Made by a program: the position numbers and the translations under genes
NCBI GenBank assembly: GCA_963822945.1
Contig: CAWGJO010000014.1
Span: 14,456-78,455 of the forward strand
Reading direction: 5' to 3'
Length of the DNA stretch: 64,000 bases
DNA from: an uncultured Gemmatimonadaceae bacterium
GTDB lineage: Bacteria > Gemmatimonadota > Gemmatimonadetes > Gemmatimonadales > Gemmatimonadaceae
The notes under the pieces: model-generated
The model's input: only the letters and a program-made list of their open reading frames with translations
Told to the model about the DNA's origin: nothing
Database searches by the model: none
In this document: positions 45,746 through 54,986 of the stretch, piece after piece
Position numbering within the stretch: the first letter of the stretch is position 1
How the letters are laid out: each line of letters opens with the position of its first letter

Positions 45746-46635
45746 CAGGTCAGAGCCCCCGCCTGCTGCAGCGCGGCGCGCACGGCCGGCTCGTGTTTGG
45801 GATCGAGCGGCACCAGCGGCAGCCGGAGCACATTCCGGATTCGCCCCATCATCGCCAACCCGGCCTTCGCGGCCAGCGGGTTCGATTCCACGAATGCCGC
45901 CCGCATCCAGGGGAGCAGCTTGAAGTGCAGCGCGCGCGCGCCGGCGATATCGCCCGCCCGTGCCCGGTCGGCCAGCTGCGCCATGAGCTTGGGCGTCGCG
46001 TTGGACACCACGGATATGATGCCGTCGGCGCCTGCCGCCATCATCGCCAACGTCAATTCGTCGTCGCCCGAGAGCACGCTGAACGACGCCGGCCGGCCGG
46101 CGAGGATGTCGGTCACCTGTGAGAGGTTCCCCGAAGCTTCCTTGACGGCCACCATGCTCGCGTGGTTCGCCAGCGCCAGCGTCGTCCTGGCTTCGATGTT
46201 GCTCCCGGTGCGGCCGGGCACGTTGTAGATGACGATCGGGAGTGCGGTGGCGTGCGCGATCGCCTCGAAGTGCGCGATGATCCCCCGCTGCGGCGGCTTG
46301 TTGTACATGGGCGAGGCGTGCAGCAGGTGCGTCGCGCCCACCGCCTCCATTTCCCTGGAGAGCGCGATGGCCTTCTTCGTGTCGTTCGAGGCGGCGCCCG
46401 CCACCACCGGCACCCGTCCCTTCACCTGCTCCACCACGATCTGCACTACCCGGCGATGCTCCTCCACGGTCATCGTGGCGGCCTCGCCCGTGGACCCGCA
46501 CGGCACCAGGAAGTGGATGCCTTCGGCGATCTGCCAGTCGACGAGATCCCGCAGCGCCTGCTCGTCGATGGCGCCGCCCTCGGTGAACGGCGTGACGAGC
46601 GCGGTACCGCACCCGCTGAGCATGGAGGCGGTCAT
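45745..46635 (-). CDS. dapA: 4-hydroxy-tetrahydrodipicolinate synthase
   Basis: ALVTPF, GSTGE, YNKP, YNVPGRT, VKEASG, ESNP. Confidence 0.95.
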   Translation of the reverse strand: MTASMLSGCGTALVTPFTEGGAIDEQALRDLVDWQIAEGIHFLVPCGSTGEAATMTVEEHRRVVQIVVEQVKGRVPVVAGAASNDTKKAIALSREMEAVGATHLLHASPMYNKPPQRGIIAHFEAIAHATALPIVIYNVPGRTGSNIEARTTLALANHASMVAVKEASGNLSQVTDILAGRPASFSVLSGDDELTLAMMAAGADGIISVVSNATPKLMAQLADRARAGDIAGARALHFKLLPWMRAAFVESNPLAAKAGLAMMGRIRNVLRLPLVPLDPKHEPAVRAALQQAGALT

Positions 46636-47336
46636 GGTTGCGGTTCTCCGGTTGACGTGAGCACGTCGCGTAACGTGAAGATGCCACGCCGTCCGGCCAG
46701 CCAGCGCGCGGCGCGGAGCGCGCCTTCGGCAAACACGCGGCGGTCGCGCGCCGTGTGGACCAGCCGGATCTGTTCGAACTGGGCGTCGAACACCAACTCG
46801 TGGATGCCCGGCACCGACCCGGTGCGCACACTCGTGATCGGAACGTCGCGCCCGAGCTTCGCCGCCGCCGCCCGGGCCAGCGCCAGCGCCGTGCCCGACG
46901 GCGCGTCCTTCTTCTGCGCGTGATGCGTCTCGATGAGGTGCACGTCGAAGCCGGGGGCGGAGCGCATCGCCTCCGCCGCGGCCTCCACGGTCATCGTGAA
47001 CGCGGCCACGCCCAGCGAGAAGTTCGGCGCCGCGAGCAGCGCCCCGCCCACCTCGTTGACGAACTTCTCCACCTCGGCGCGCCGTGCATCCCAGCCCGTC
47101 GTGCCGACCACGACCGGGCAGCGCGCGGCCGCACACACACGAACGTTCTCCGGCGCCGCTTCGGGGGACGTGAACTCCACGGCGACTTCGGCGCCGTTGA
47201 GCGTTTCCGCGGTCACCTCGTGCGCGTCGCCGCCGGCCCGGTCGATGCGGGCCACCACCTGGAATCCGTGGGCGGGCGCCAGCGCTTCCACCGCCCGCCC
47301 CATCTTGCCCATGCCGATGATCGCCAGCCGTTTCAT
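46632..47336 (-). CDS. dapB: 4-hydroxy-tetrahydrodipicolinate reductase
   Basis: GMGKMG, VGTTGW, NFSLGV, ETHHAQKKDAPSGTA. Confidence 0.95.
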   Translation of the reverse strand: MKRLAIIGMGKMGRAVEALAPAHGFQVVARIDRAGGDAHEVTAETLNGAEVAVEFTSPEAAPENVRVCAAARCPVVVGTTGWDARRAEVEKFVNEVGGALLAAPNFSLGVAAFTMTVEAAAEAMRSAPGFDVHLIETHHAQKKDAPSGTALALARAAAAKLGRDVPITSVRTGSVPGIHELVFDAQFEQIRLVHTARDRRVFAEGALRAARWLAGRRGIFTLRDVLTSTGEPQP

Positions 47337-48697
47337 CTGCCCTTCCCTCCCTCGAAGAACTCGGCGTGCAGCCGCTGCATCGCCGGCTTCACCTGGTCGC
47401 CATCCACGACGATCGTGAGGTTGATGCCGGTGGCGCTCAGCGACAGCATGTAGACCTGGACGTCGCCCAGCGCCTGGAGGGCCCGCGACATCGACACGCC
47501 GCCGTCGCTCAGCCCCGCGCCGACGATCGCCACGATGCCGCGATTCTGCTCGATGGCCACGTCGCCCAGTGACCGCAGATCGACGATCAGCGCGTCCAGA
47601 TGCGACGCGTCGTCCACGGTGAGCGACACCGAAACCTCGCTCGTCGCCACCACATCCACCGACGTTTTGTGCCGCTCGAACACCTCGAACAGCGAACGCA
47701 GAAAGCCCTCGGTGAGCAGCATCCGCGGCGAGCGCACCTTCACGAGGCTCACGTTGGTCTTTCCCGCGATCGCCGTCACCGGACGCCGCGGCGTGTCGAA
47801 GGTGATCATCGTGCCCGGGGACTTCGGATTCAGCGAATTGAGCACGAACACCGGAATGCCCAACCGCACGGCCGGCGCGATGGTGCTCGGGTGCAGCACC
47901 TTGGCCCCGAACGACGCCAGTTCCGACGCTTCGTCGAATCCGATGCGTTCGATGAGTTGGGCCGCCTTCGCCACGCGCGGATCGGCAGTGAGCATGCCGT
48001 CCACGTCGGTCCAGATCTCGATCGCCTCGGTCTGCAGCGCGGCGCCCAGCAGGGCGGCACTGTAGTCGCTCCCGCCGCGCCCAAGGGTGGTCGTCACGCC
48101 GGTGGTAGCCGACGAGCCGATGAACCCGCCGAGCACGGGAATCTGGCCATCACGCACCACGGGAGCGACGAGCCGCTGAGCTGCTTCCGCGATGGCGTCG
48201 GGCTCCGGCTCGGCCTTGGCAAAGTTGTTGTCGGTGATCATCACCTGGCGCGCATCGACGTGCACCGCGGGCAGACCGGCCTGCCGGAAGGCGGCCGCGA
48301 TCAGCAGCGACGAGAGTTGCTCGCCCAGTGCGGCGATCGCGTCCTGGCTCCGGGGTGTGAGATCACCGAGCACGGAGAGCGCCCCGGCCAGGCTGGCCAG
48401 TTCGTCGAACATGGCGCCCATCTCGCTCACCACGTCGTTGGCCTCGCGCCCCGTGCCGAGCAGCGCCTCGGCTTCATCCAGGTGGCGCTGGCGCAGCGAC
48501 TCCACGCTCCGCAGGGCGAGGATCAGCCGGCCGCGCGCCGACTGGTCGGCGATCTCGAGCAGCAGGTTGGTGGCTCCGCCCAGCGCCGAGACGACGACGA
48601 TGGGCTGGCGCGCGCGCCGCGATTCGACGATCGCCGCCGTCCGGCGAATCGCCGCGGCGTCGGTCACCGAGGTGCCGCCGAACTTGAGGACGATCAC
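47333..48697 (-). CDS. lysC: Aspartokinase with ACT domains
   Basis: KFGGTSV, VVSALGG, TLGRGGSDYSA, WTDVDG, GAKVLHP, TSEVSVS. Confidence 0.95.
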   Translation of the reverse strand: MIVLKFGGTSVTDAAAIRRTAAIVESRRARQPIVVVSALGGATNLLLEIADQSARGRLILALRSVESLRQRHLDEAEALLGTGREANDVVSEMGAMFDELASLAGALSVLGDLTPRSQDAIAALGEQLSSLLIAAAFRQAGLPAVHVDARQVMITDNNFAKAEPEPDAIAEAAQRLVAPVVRDGQIPVLGGFIGSSATTGVTTTLGRGGSDYSAALLGAALQTEAIEIWTDVDGMLTADPRVAKAAQLIERIGFDEASELASFGAKVLHPSTIAPAVRLGIPVFVLNSLNPKSPGTMITFDTPRRPVTAIAGKTNVSLVKVRSPRMLLTEGFLRSLFEVFERHKTSVDVVATSEVSVSLTVDDASHLDALIVDLRSLGDVAIEQNRGIVAIVGAGLSDGGVSMSRALQALGDVQVYMLSLSATGINLTIVVDGDQVKPAMQRLHAEFFEGGKGR

Positions 48698-49767
48698 GAC
48701 CGGTCGAACAGCCCGCGGGCCGCCATGAGCTCCGCGTTCAGCACCGAAGCCCCCGCCGCGCCGCGAATGATGTTGTGGGCCATCAGCACCATCTTCACGT
48801 GGAAGATCGGATCCGGGCGCACCCGGCCCACGACGAGCGCCATGCCGTTGCCCTCCATGCGGTCGCGCCTCGGCTGCGGCCGGTCGCGTTCGTCGCGCAG
48901 CACCAGCGGCCGCTCCGGGGCGCTGGGCAGCCCGCGCGCATCCTCAGCCCCGCGCCACTCGCGCAGCACCTCCGTCACCTCCGGCGCGCCGGCGCTCTGC
49001 TCGAACTCCACCGACATGCACACCGTGTGTCCGTGCTCCACCGGCACCCGGTTGGCGTGCGCCGTGACCGCGAACGGCGCCGGCCGGATGGCGCCCGCGC
49101 TCACGTGGCCGAGCATCTTGTTCACTTCGGTCTCGATCTTCGGCTCCTCGTCGTTGATGAACGGAATCACGTTGCCGAGGATGTCGAGGCTGGGCACGCC
49201 GGGGTAGCCGGCTCCCGAAACCGCCTGCATGGTGGCCATGAATACGCGGCGGACGCCGAACCGCTGATGCAGCGGCGCCAGCGCCATGGCGGCCGGAATG
49301 GACGCGCAATTTCCGTTGGTCACGATGGCGCCGCTCCAGCCCCGCCGCCGACGCTGGGCGTCGATGACGTCCAGGTGGTGCGGATTCACCTCCGGGATGA
49401 CCAGCGGGACGTCTGGCTCCATGCGGTAGTTCTTCGCGTTGCTGAGCACCATGCGTCCCGCCTTGGCGAACGCCGGCTCCACGTCGCCGGCCACCGACGA
49501 GTCGAGCGCCGAGAAGACGACGTCGGCCTCGACCGCGGCCGGGTCGCACGCCATCACCGGCATCGACGCCACGCGGGCCGGCATGGCGTCGTCGCCCACC
49601 CAGCGCGCCGCCTCCGCGTACGGCTTCCCGGCCGAGCGTTCCGATGCCGCCACGGCCACGAGATCGAACCAGGGATGGTCGGCGAGCAGCCGGACGAACG
49701 CCTGGCCGACGGCGCCCGTGGCGCCGAGGATCGCAACGCTGCGTTTGGATGTCGTGTTGGGCGCCAT
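48694..49767 (-). CDS. asd: Aspartate-semialdehyde dehydrogenase, archaeal/fungal-like type
   Basis: LGATGAVGQ, VPLVIPEVNPHH, NGNC, MQAVSGAGYPG, NVIPFI..EEPK, HNIIRGAAG. Confidence 0.93.
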   Translation of the reverse strand: MAPNTTSKRSVAILGATGAVGQAFVRLLADHPWFDLVAVAASERSAGKPYAEAARWVGDDAMPARVASMPVMACDPAAVEADVVFSALDSSVAGDVEPAFAKAGRMVLSNAKNYRMEPDVPLVIPEVNPHHLDVIDAQRRRRGWSGAIVTNGNCASIPAAMALAPLHQRFGVRRVFMATMQAVSGAGYPGVPSLDILGNVIPFINDEEPKIETEVNKMLGHVSAGAIRPAPFAVTAHANRVPVEHGHTVCMSVEFEQSAGAPEVTEVLREWRGAEDARGLPSAPERPLVLRDERDRPQPRRDRMEGNGMALVVGRVRPDPIFHVKMVLMAHNIIRGAAGASVLNAELMAARGLFDRS

Positions 49768-49777
49768 GGCGGGACGA

Positions 49778-50773
49778 TCAGGACTGGAGGAGGGCGCGCG
49801 CCATGCGCGCGTAGGCATCGACCGCGGCGCGCAGCTCGCCGACGTCGACGTATTCATCGGGTGTATGAGCCACGGTAATCGATCCCGGGCCGAACAGGAG
49901 CGGGGTGCCCCAGCGGTCGAGCAGCGGGATGTCCGACGTATAGGCCACCGGCGCCGTCTCGAACCCGTCGAGCGTATGGAAGCGCTGCGGGGGAATGTGC
50001 GACCCCCACTCGAGCTCCGCCCGGTCGCCGGCCCACTCGATCACGTGCCGGCGCAGCGGCTCGACGTCACCGACCAGCCGAAACATGATTTCGGCCTCGC
50101 ACAGCGCGGGGACGATGTTGGCTTCGGTTCCACCATGGATGGTGCCGATATTCAACGTCGCGTCCCCAAGCACCGGATCGGACGGCATCGGGATCTCGTT
50201 GATCGTGGGCAGCAGGCGCAGCATCGGCTCGATGGCCGACTCGCCGAGGTAGGCGTAGGCGGAGTGCGCGGCGCGTCCGCGCGTGCGGACGACCACCCGC
50301 TGGGAACCCTTGGCGCCGCTGGCCAGTTTGCTCTCGGTGGGCTCGCCGTTGATCAGGTATCGACTCGTGGCCGGCAGGTGGTTGGCCGCGCGCGCGCCGT
50401 CGGAGTTCTTCTCCTCGCCGACCACGAACAACAGATCGACGCGATGCTCCCCCTCCTCGGCGAGCCGGTCGGCGGCGGCCATCATCGCCGCCGCGATGCC
50501 CTTGGCGTCGCAGGCGCCGCGTCCGTACAGGCGGTTGCCCTCGAGCCTCGGCGATACGTAGGGCGGCACCGTGTCCAGGTGCGTGGAGAGCGTGACGCCC
50601 TTGCCCGAACGGGAGGCCCATACGTTGGCGCGGCCGGGGGCCACCTCCTGCAACTCGACGTTCCACCCGCGGGCGACGAGCCAGCGCGAGACGAAATCAA
50701 CGGCGCCGGCTTCCGCGCCGCTGGTGGATTGTATCGCAAGCAACTCGGCGGCAAGCGCCACGACGTCTGTCAT
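49778..50773 (-). CDS. M20 metallohydrolase (ArgE/DapE-like), first gene of the dap cluster
   Basis: HLDTVPP, GRGACDAKG, VGEE, NGEPT, AHTPDE. Confidence 0.85.
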   Translation of the reverse strand: MTDVVALAAELLAIQSTSGAEAGAVDFVSRWLVARGWNVELQEVAPGRANVWASRSGKGVTLSTHLDTVPPYVSPRLEGNRLYGRGACDAKGIAAAMMAAADRLAEEGEHRVDLLFVVGEEKNSDGARAANHLPATSRYLINGEPTESKLASGAKGSQRVVVRTRGRAAHSAYAYLGESAIEPMLRLLPTINEIPMPSDPVLGDATLNIGTIHGGTEANIVPALCEAEIMFRLVGDVEPLRRHVIEWAGDRAELEWGSHIPPQRFHTLDGFETAPVAYTSDIPLLDRWGTPLLFGPGSITVAHTPDEYVDVGELRAAVDAYARMARALLQS

Positions 50774-50910
50774 GCGCCAAAGTTATCAGATTGCGTCCGC
50801 GATGCGAGATGCCCGACGGTCACGGAACGACACCAGCGGTCCGCCGCGCCAGCCCCCGGTCTCCACCCCCGTCGCCCGGCCCAGTGCACCACCGGGCGGG
50901 GCCGGGCCCC

Positions 50911-51732
50911 CTACCAGCCGGCGGCCACCCCGAACAGCATCTGCCCGTCGTTGTAGGTGCGCGCGCCGCGCATCAGGGCGCCGCTGTCGTAGTTGTCGGT
51001 GACGGCCAGGGACAGCGACACCGTGCCGTTCATCTTGTACCGAATCTCGGTGTTCGACGCGACCAGGAACTGGGCCACCCCGCTCGCGCTCGGCTGCCAG
51101 GAGGTGGAGTGGGACAGCCGCATCCGGTCGTCGAAGGCGTGCGAATACTTGGCCAGCCAGGAGAATCGGGCGATGGTCTGGTTGGGAAAGTGCACCGTGC
51201 TGTCGCGCGCCAGGGTGCGTTCCGCGGAGAGCGAAAGGCTGAGGCTGCCGTTGGTGGCCGGCGACTGCAGCACGTTCCACTTGGCGCCCGCGCCGGCGCT
51301 GAACCGCGACGCGATCCGCTTCTCGAGATTCGATTCGAGCGTCGTGGTCACGAAGCTGGACACCGGAGCCAGCGGCTTGAAGTTGACGTTCACCGTGCCG
51401 AGCCAGATCCGCTTGGTCACGATGCGCGGCCCGGCGTCCACCGACGCCTCGCCGTACAGGGTCTGGAGCTCGGCACTGAGCCCGAACGCCGAGTCCACCC
51501 GGGCAATCTTGCCGTCGGCGCCGAGCACCTGCTGCTGCGTGTTGCCGAAGAACACGCTGGCGTTCGCCAGCGCGCTTCCCTTCCATAGACTCGGCGCCGG
51601 CGGGGGCGGCTTTGGCACCGCCGATGCCGGCGGAACGTCCTGCGCGCCGGCGGAGGTAACGAGCCCGGCGTAGCACGTGAAAACGGCCAGCGCGACGGCG
51701 CCGGCCTTGGCAAGGGAACGCAGCAGCAACAT
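50911..51732 (-). CDS. DUF481-like outer-membrane beta-barrel protein
   Basis: Signal peptide, WKGSA..ASVFFGNT, GAGAKW, alternating strands, terminal Trp. Confidence 0.65.
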   Translation of the reverse strand: MLLLRSLAKAGAVALAVFTCYAGLVTSAGAQDVPPASAVPKPPPPAPSLWKGSALANASVFFGNTQQQVLGADGKIARVDSAFGLSAELQTLYGEASVDAGPRIVTKRIWLGTVNVNFKPLAPVSSFVTTTLESNLEKRIASRFSAGAGAKWNVLQSPATNGSLSLSLSAERTLARDSTVHFPNQTIARFSWLAKYSHAFDDRMRLSHSTSWQPSASGVAQFLVASNTEIRYKMNGTVSLSLAVTDNYDSGALMRGARTYNDGQMLFGVAAGW

Positions 51733-51856
51733 GCGTGAGAAAATAACGGATTCACGCGCGGGATTCAGCCCCCCGCGCGCGGGGCGGCGAACGCCGAGTC
51801 CGGCATTCGCCGCCCTCCACCGCTGTCGCGCCGCCTGCGCCTTCCGGCTCACCCAC

Positions 51857-54562
51857 TCAATGCTTCGCCGGGGCCGGTCCCTCCACCACCTGCACCATAT
51901 GATCCAGCTTCACGTACTTCTTGAACGCCGCCGCGACCTGGCCGGCGGTGAGGCTCAGGTAGTGCTTCGCGGCGACCATCGGCTCGTTCAGCGGCTCGTC
52001 GTTGTAGCTCCACGTCAGCAGCGAACCCGCGATGGCGTTCTCGCTCGACACCCCGACGGGAATGGAGCGGATCTCGTACTGCCGCGCGTTGGTCAGCTCG
52101 TCGGGCTTCACGGGGGTGTTCTGCATCGCCGCCACGTCCTGGTGGATGAGGGCGTCCACCGGCGCCACCTTGCTCGGATCGCTGCCGTACTCGACGATGA
52201 ACATGGAACGTGACCGGTTGATCTCCGGGAACGAGTACGCGCCGTACGCGTACCCGTGGCGGACCCGGATGTCCACCATCAGCCGCGATGCGAACCCGTT
52301 GCCGCCGAGCACGTCGTTGCCGAGCTGCAGCGCGTAGCGGTCGGGGTTGTGCAGGTCGACATCCAGCATCTGCCCCATCACCACCTGGTCCTGGGACGCG
52401 AAGGTGTTCGGGACCACCGTGTAGCCGGCCGGATTTAGGGGCACGGGCTTGGGAATCACGTCGGGTTTGGGCCCCGTCGCCTTCCAGCCGCCGAAGTATT
52501 TCTCCACGGCGGCCTTCGCCTCGGCCGGCGTCACGTCCCCCACCACGACGATCGTGGTCAGGTCCGGGCGATAGGCCGTGGCGAAGTAATGCCGCGCGTC
52601 GTCGAGGGTGAGCCGATTCACCGTTTGCGGGGTTGCTTCTCGCAGCCCGGGATCGCCGGCCGGCAGGAGCCCCCGGTACAGGGCGCGGAACATCTTGTAG
52701 TTCGGAGACTGCAACTGGCCGGCCAACGTCCGCGCCAGCGTCTTCTGCTGCACGTCGAACGCCTGCTGCGGCAGCGCCGGGTGCAGTTCGTTGTCGGCCA
52801 GCAGCTTCATCCCCTCATCGAAGTGCGCGCTGAGCACGGCCAGCCGGAAGTCCGACCCGCCGCGCTCGGTGGCGGCAATCGCGTCGAGCGCCTTGTGGAA
52901 CGCGGTGCGATCCATCGTCGTCGTGCCGTAGTCGAACAGCGAACCGAGCAGGCGGCCCACGCCCTCCTGCCCGGCCGGCGCCTCGAGGTTGTCGTCGTGG
53001 TCCACGTGACCGACCACCGTGACCGTCTTGCTGATCGTCTCGGGCTGCACGATGAGCCTGATGCCGTTGGCCAACTGCATCGAGACGGGATTCAGCGTCC
53101 AGTGCGGCATCTCGAGCTTGGCCAGCGACGTGGCGGCCCAGGCCGGCAGCGCGACGTCCAGCTTGTCGTTGCCGGCGAACGATTCCGTGCCTCCGAAGCC
53201 GTTGCTGTTGGGCGGCCGCTTCCCGTTCTCGCTCGGCGTGAGGACCACCGTCACGCGGCCCTTGGGCGTGAGGTATTCGCGTGCCACGCGGTCCACGTCG
53301 GCCGCCGTCACATCGCGGATCTGCTCGTCGGCCTGCCCCGGAGAGTCCAGCCCCTGCCAGGCCAGCGCCTGCGACCACTCCTGGGCGAGGCTCACCGCGC
53401 TGTTCTTGTTGAACTCCGACTGCGCCAGCTCGGAGCGCTTGGCGGCCTCCACGAGATCGGGCGGCGCGCCGTTCTTCAGCATGGTCGTGACCACGCTGTC
53501 GAGATCGTGCTGCGCCTGTTGCGCATTGCCGCCCTTGGGGAATCCCACTTCGATGACGCCGATCCCGCCGCGGCTGAACGGCTGCATGCCCGCATCGGCG
53601 CTCAACACCTTGCCCTGCACCGCAAGGTCGGAGAGTGTGCTGCGCGCGTTGTTCAGTACGTCCATCAGGATCTCGGCCGCCGCGTAGTCTTTCGTCTGCA
53701 TGCCGGGCATGCGATACAGGAACTCGACCGATCCGGTACCCTGCGGCGTGGAGCTGGCGATGGTCTTCGGCGCCACCGGTTCGAGGTGGACGGGGGGCCG
53801 GGCGGGCGTGGGGCGCCCGGGGATTCCGCCGAATAGATGCCGGACACTGGCCAGCGTCGCCTGCGGATCCACATCGCCCACGATGACGAAGATCGCGTTG
53901 TCCGGCTCGTACCAATCGTTGTAGAACGTCCGCAGGACCTTGGACGTGGTGGCGTCGAACGACGGCCGCGTCCCGAGCGGATCGAACTGGTAGCCGGTGC
54001 CGGCATACAGGTCGGCCTCGGCCTTCTCGAAGGCCAGGAAGTCGGGGCTCGAGATGTCGCGCGAAACCTCCTGCTCGATGGCGCCCTTCTCGAGGTTCCA
54101 GTCCTTGTCGGTGAGCAGCGCGCCGCGCATGCGCGACGCCTCGATGTGCAGGAGGACGTCGAGATAGTTCGCCGGCGCGACGAAATAGTATTGCGTGGCG
54201 TCGTTGGTGGTGAACGCGTTGTTTTGACCGCCCATCTTGCCGGTCATCTCGTTGAGCTGCGCGCCGGTGAGTCCCTTGCTGTCGCGGAACATCATGTGCT
54301 CCAGCGCGTGTGCCGTGCCCGGATAGCCTTTCGGGGTCTCGTACCCGCCGGCGAGGTAGGTGACCTCGGTGGTCACCATCGGGGCGAGCGGGTCGTGGAC
54401 GATCACGACGCGAAGCCCATTGGGGAGCGTGTCGCGGAGAACGGTGGTGGTCGGGGCCGCGGGAGCAACGGGTGCCGTGCTCGGCGCCGGGCCCGGCCGG
54501 ACCGGAAGACCGCCCAGGAAGGCGATACCGAAGGCGAGCGGAGTGAGACGGACCGGGCGCAT
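51857..54562 (-). CDS. Exported four-domain M16 zinc peptidase (PqqL-like)
   Basis: Hydrophobic N-terminus, LPNGL, HALEHMMF, NAFT, second LANG half, SRL..IRVRHGYAY; purine-rich RBS before 54562. Confidence 0.88.
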   Translation of the reverse strand: MRPVRLTPLAFGIAFLGGLPVRPGPAPSTAPVAPAAPTTTVLRDTLPNGLRVVIVHDPLAPMVTTEVTYLAGGYETPKGYPGTAHALEHMMFRDSKGLTGAQLNEMTGKMGGQNNAFTTNDATQYYFVAPANYLDVLLHIEASRMRGALLTDKDWNLEKGAIEQEVSRDISSPDFLAFEKAEADLYAGTGYQFDPLGTRPSFDATTSKVLRTFYNDWYEPDNAIFVIVGDVDPQATLASVRHLFGGIPGRPTPARPPVHLEPVAPKTIASSTPQGTGSVEFLYRMPGMQTKDYAAAEILMDVLNNARSTLSDLAVQGKVLSADAGMQPFSRGGIGVIEVGFPKGGNAQQAQHDLDSVVTTMLKNGAPPDLVEAAKRSELAQSEFNKNSAVSLAQEWSQALAWQGLDSPGQADEQIRDVTAADVDRVAREYLTPKGRVTVVLTPSENGKRPPNSNGFGGTESFAGNDKLDVALPAWAATSLAKLEMPHWTLNPVSMQLANGIRLIVQPETISKTVTVVGHVDHDDNLEAPAGQEGVGRLLGSLFDYGTTTMDRTAFHKALDAIAATERGGSDFRLAVLSAHFDEGMKLLADNELHPALPQQAFDVQQKTLARTLAGQLQSPNYKMFRALYRGLLPAGDPGLREATPQTVNRLTLDDARHYFATAYRPDLTTIVVVGDVTPAEAKAAVEKYFGGWKATGPKPDVIPKPVPLNPAGYTVVPNTFASQDQVVMGQMLDVDLHNPDRYALQLGNDVLGGNGFASRLMVDIRVRHGYAYGAYSFPEINRSRSMFIVEYGSDPSKVAPVDALIHQDVAAMQNTPVKPDELTNARQYEIRSIPVGVSSENAIAGSLLTWSYNDEPLNEPMVAAKHYLSLTAGQVAAAFKKYVKLDHMVQVVEGPAPAKH

Positions 54563-54639
54563 GGCTTCCCCCAGGTGCATTGTCGAGATGTGAAGACGGC
54601 GCTGGGGGGCGGCCGCGTGCATTAGTGTTGTTATCTCTC

Positions 54640-54668
54640 GTTCTAGCGGGGGTCGGCGAAAATGGCAA
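54640..54668 (-). promoter_or_regulatory. Candidate sigma70 promoter of the exported M16 peptidase
   Basis: TTGCCA-N17-TAGAAC. Confidence 0.5.
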
Positions 54669-54725
54669 GCGGGTCCCGGGCGCCGACGGTGCGATTGGGG
54701 TTCGAACACGCGCCGGTGCACGCAA

Positions 54726-54809
54726 TGCCGGGGGCCGGTCTCGAACCGACATGGGCTTTCGCCCAAGGGATTTTAAGTCCCTCGCGTCTACCAGTTTCGC
54801 CACCCCGGC
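54726..54809 (-). tRNA. tRNA-Leu (anticodon TAA), CCA not encoded
   Basis: GCCGGGG acceptor stem, anticodon arm AGGGA-CT-TAA-AA-TCCCT, variable arm GGGC-GAAA-GCCC, GGTTCGAGA T-loop. Confidence 0.95.
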
Positions 54810-54820
54810 GGGTGCAGGCG

Positions 54821-54846
54821 AAAAAGGAGCGGCCGCGGCCGCTCCT
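54821..54846 (-). terminator. Intrinsic-terminator-like hairpin between tRNA-Gly and tRNA-Leu
   Basis: Minus strand AGGAGCGGC-CGCG-GCCGCTCCT followed by TTTT. Confidence 0.7.
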
Positions 54847-54870
54847 GTTCTCGATGCCATCGTGTGTCAG

Positions 54871-54943
54871 AGCGGGAAACGGGACTCGAACCCGCGACCC
54901 CAACCTTGGCAAGGTTGTGCTCTACCAACTGAGCTATTCCCGC
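54871..54943 (-). tRNA. tRNA-Gly (anticodon GCC), CCA not encoded
   Basis: GCGGGAATAGCTCAGTTGGTAGAGCACAACCTTGCCAAGGTTGGGGTCGCGGGTTCGAGTCCCGTTTCCCGCT. Confidence 0.97.
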
Positions 54944-54951
54944 GTGCCCCC

Positions 54952-54981
54952 AATATAGCCGCCACCGGCGCGGGCCGACAA
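54952..54981 (-). promoter_or_regulatory. Promoter of the tRNA-Gly/Leu unit
   Basis: TTGTCG-N18-TATATT, then GC-rich GGGGGCAC immediately before the tRNA 5' end. Confidence 0.65.
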
Positions 54982-54986
54982 GAACG

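Noticed and set aside
50774..50910. Lysine riboswitch ahead of the dap operon
   Set aside because: Spacer is short, lacks L-box features, and a -10 hexamer sits 6 nt before the first ATG.
54695..54725. GTTCGAAC T-loop-like motif after tRNA-Leu (tRNA remnant or att site)
   Set aside because: No flanking stems form a cloverleaf, no duplicate of the tRNA 3' end was found, and no integrase is present.
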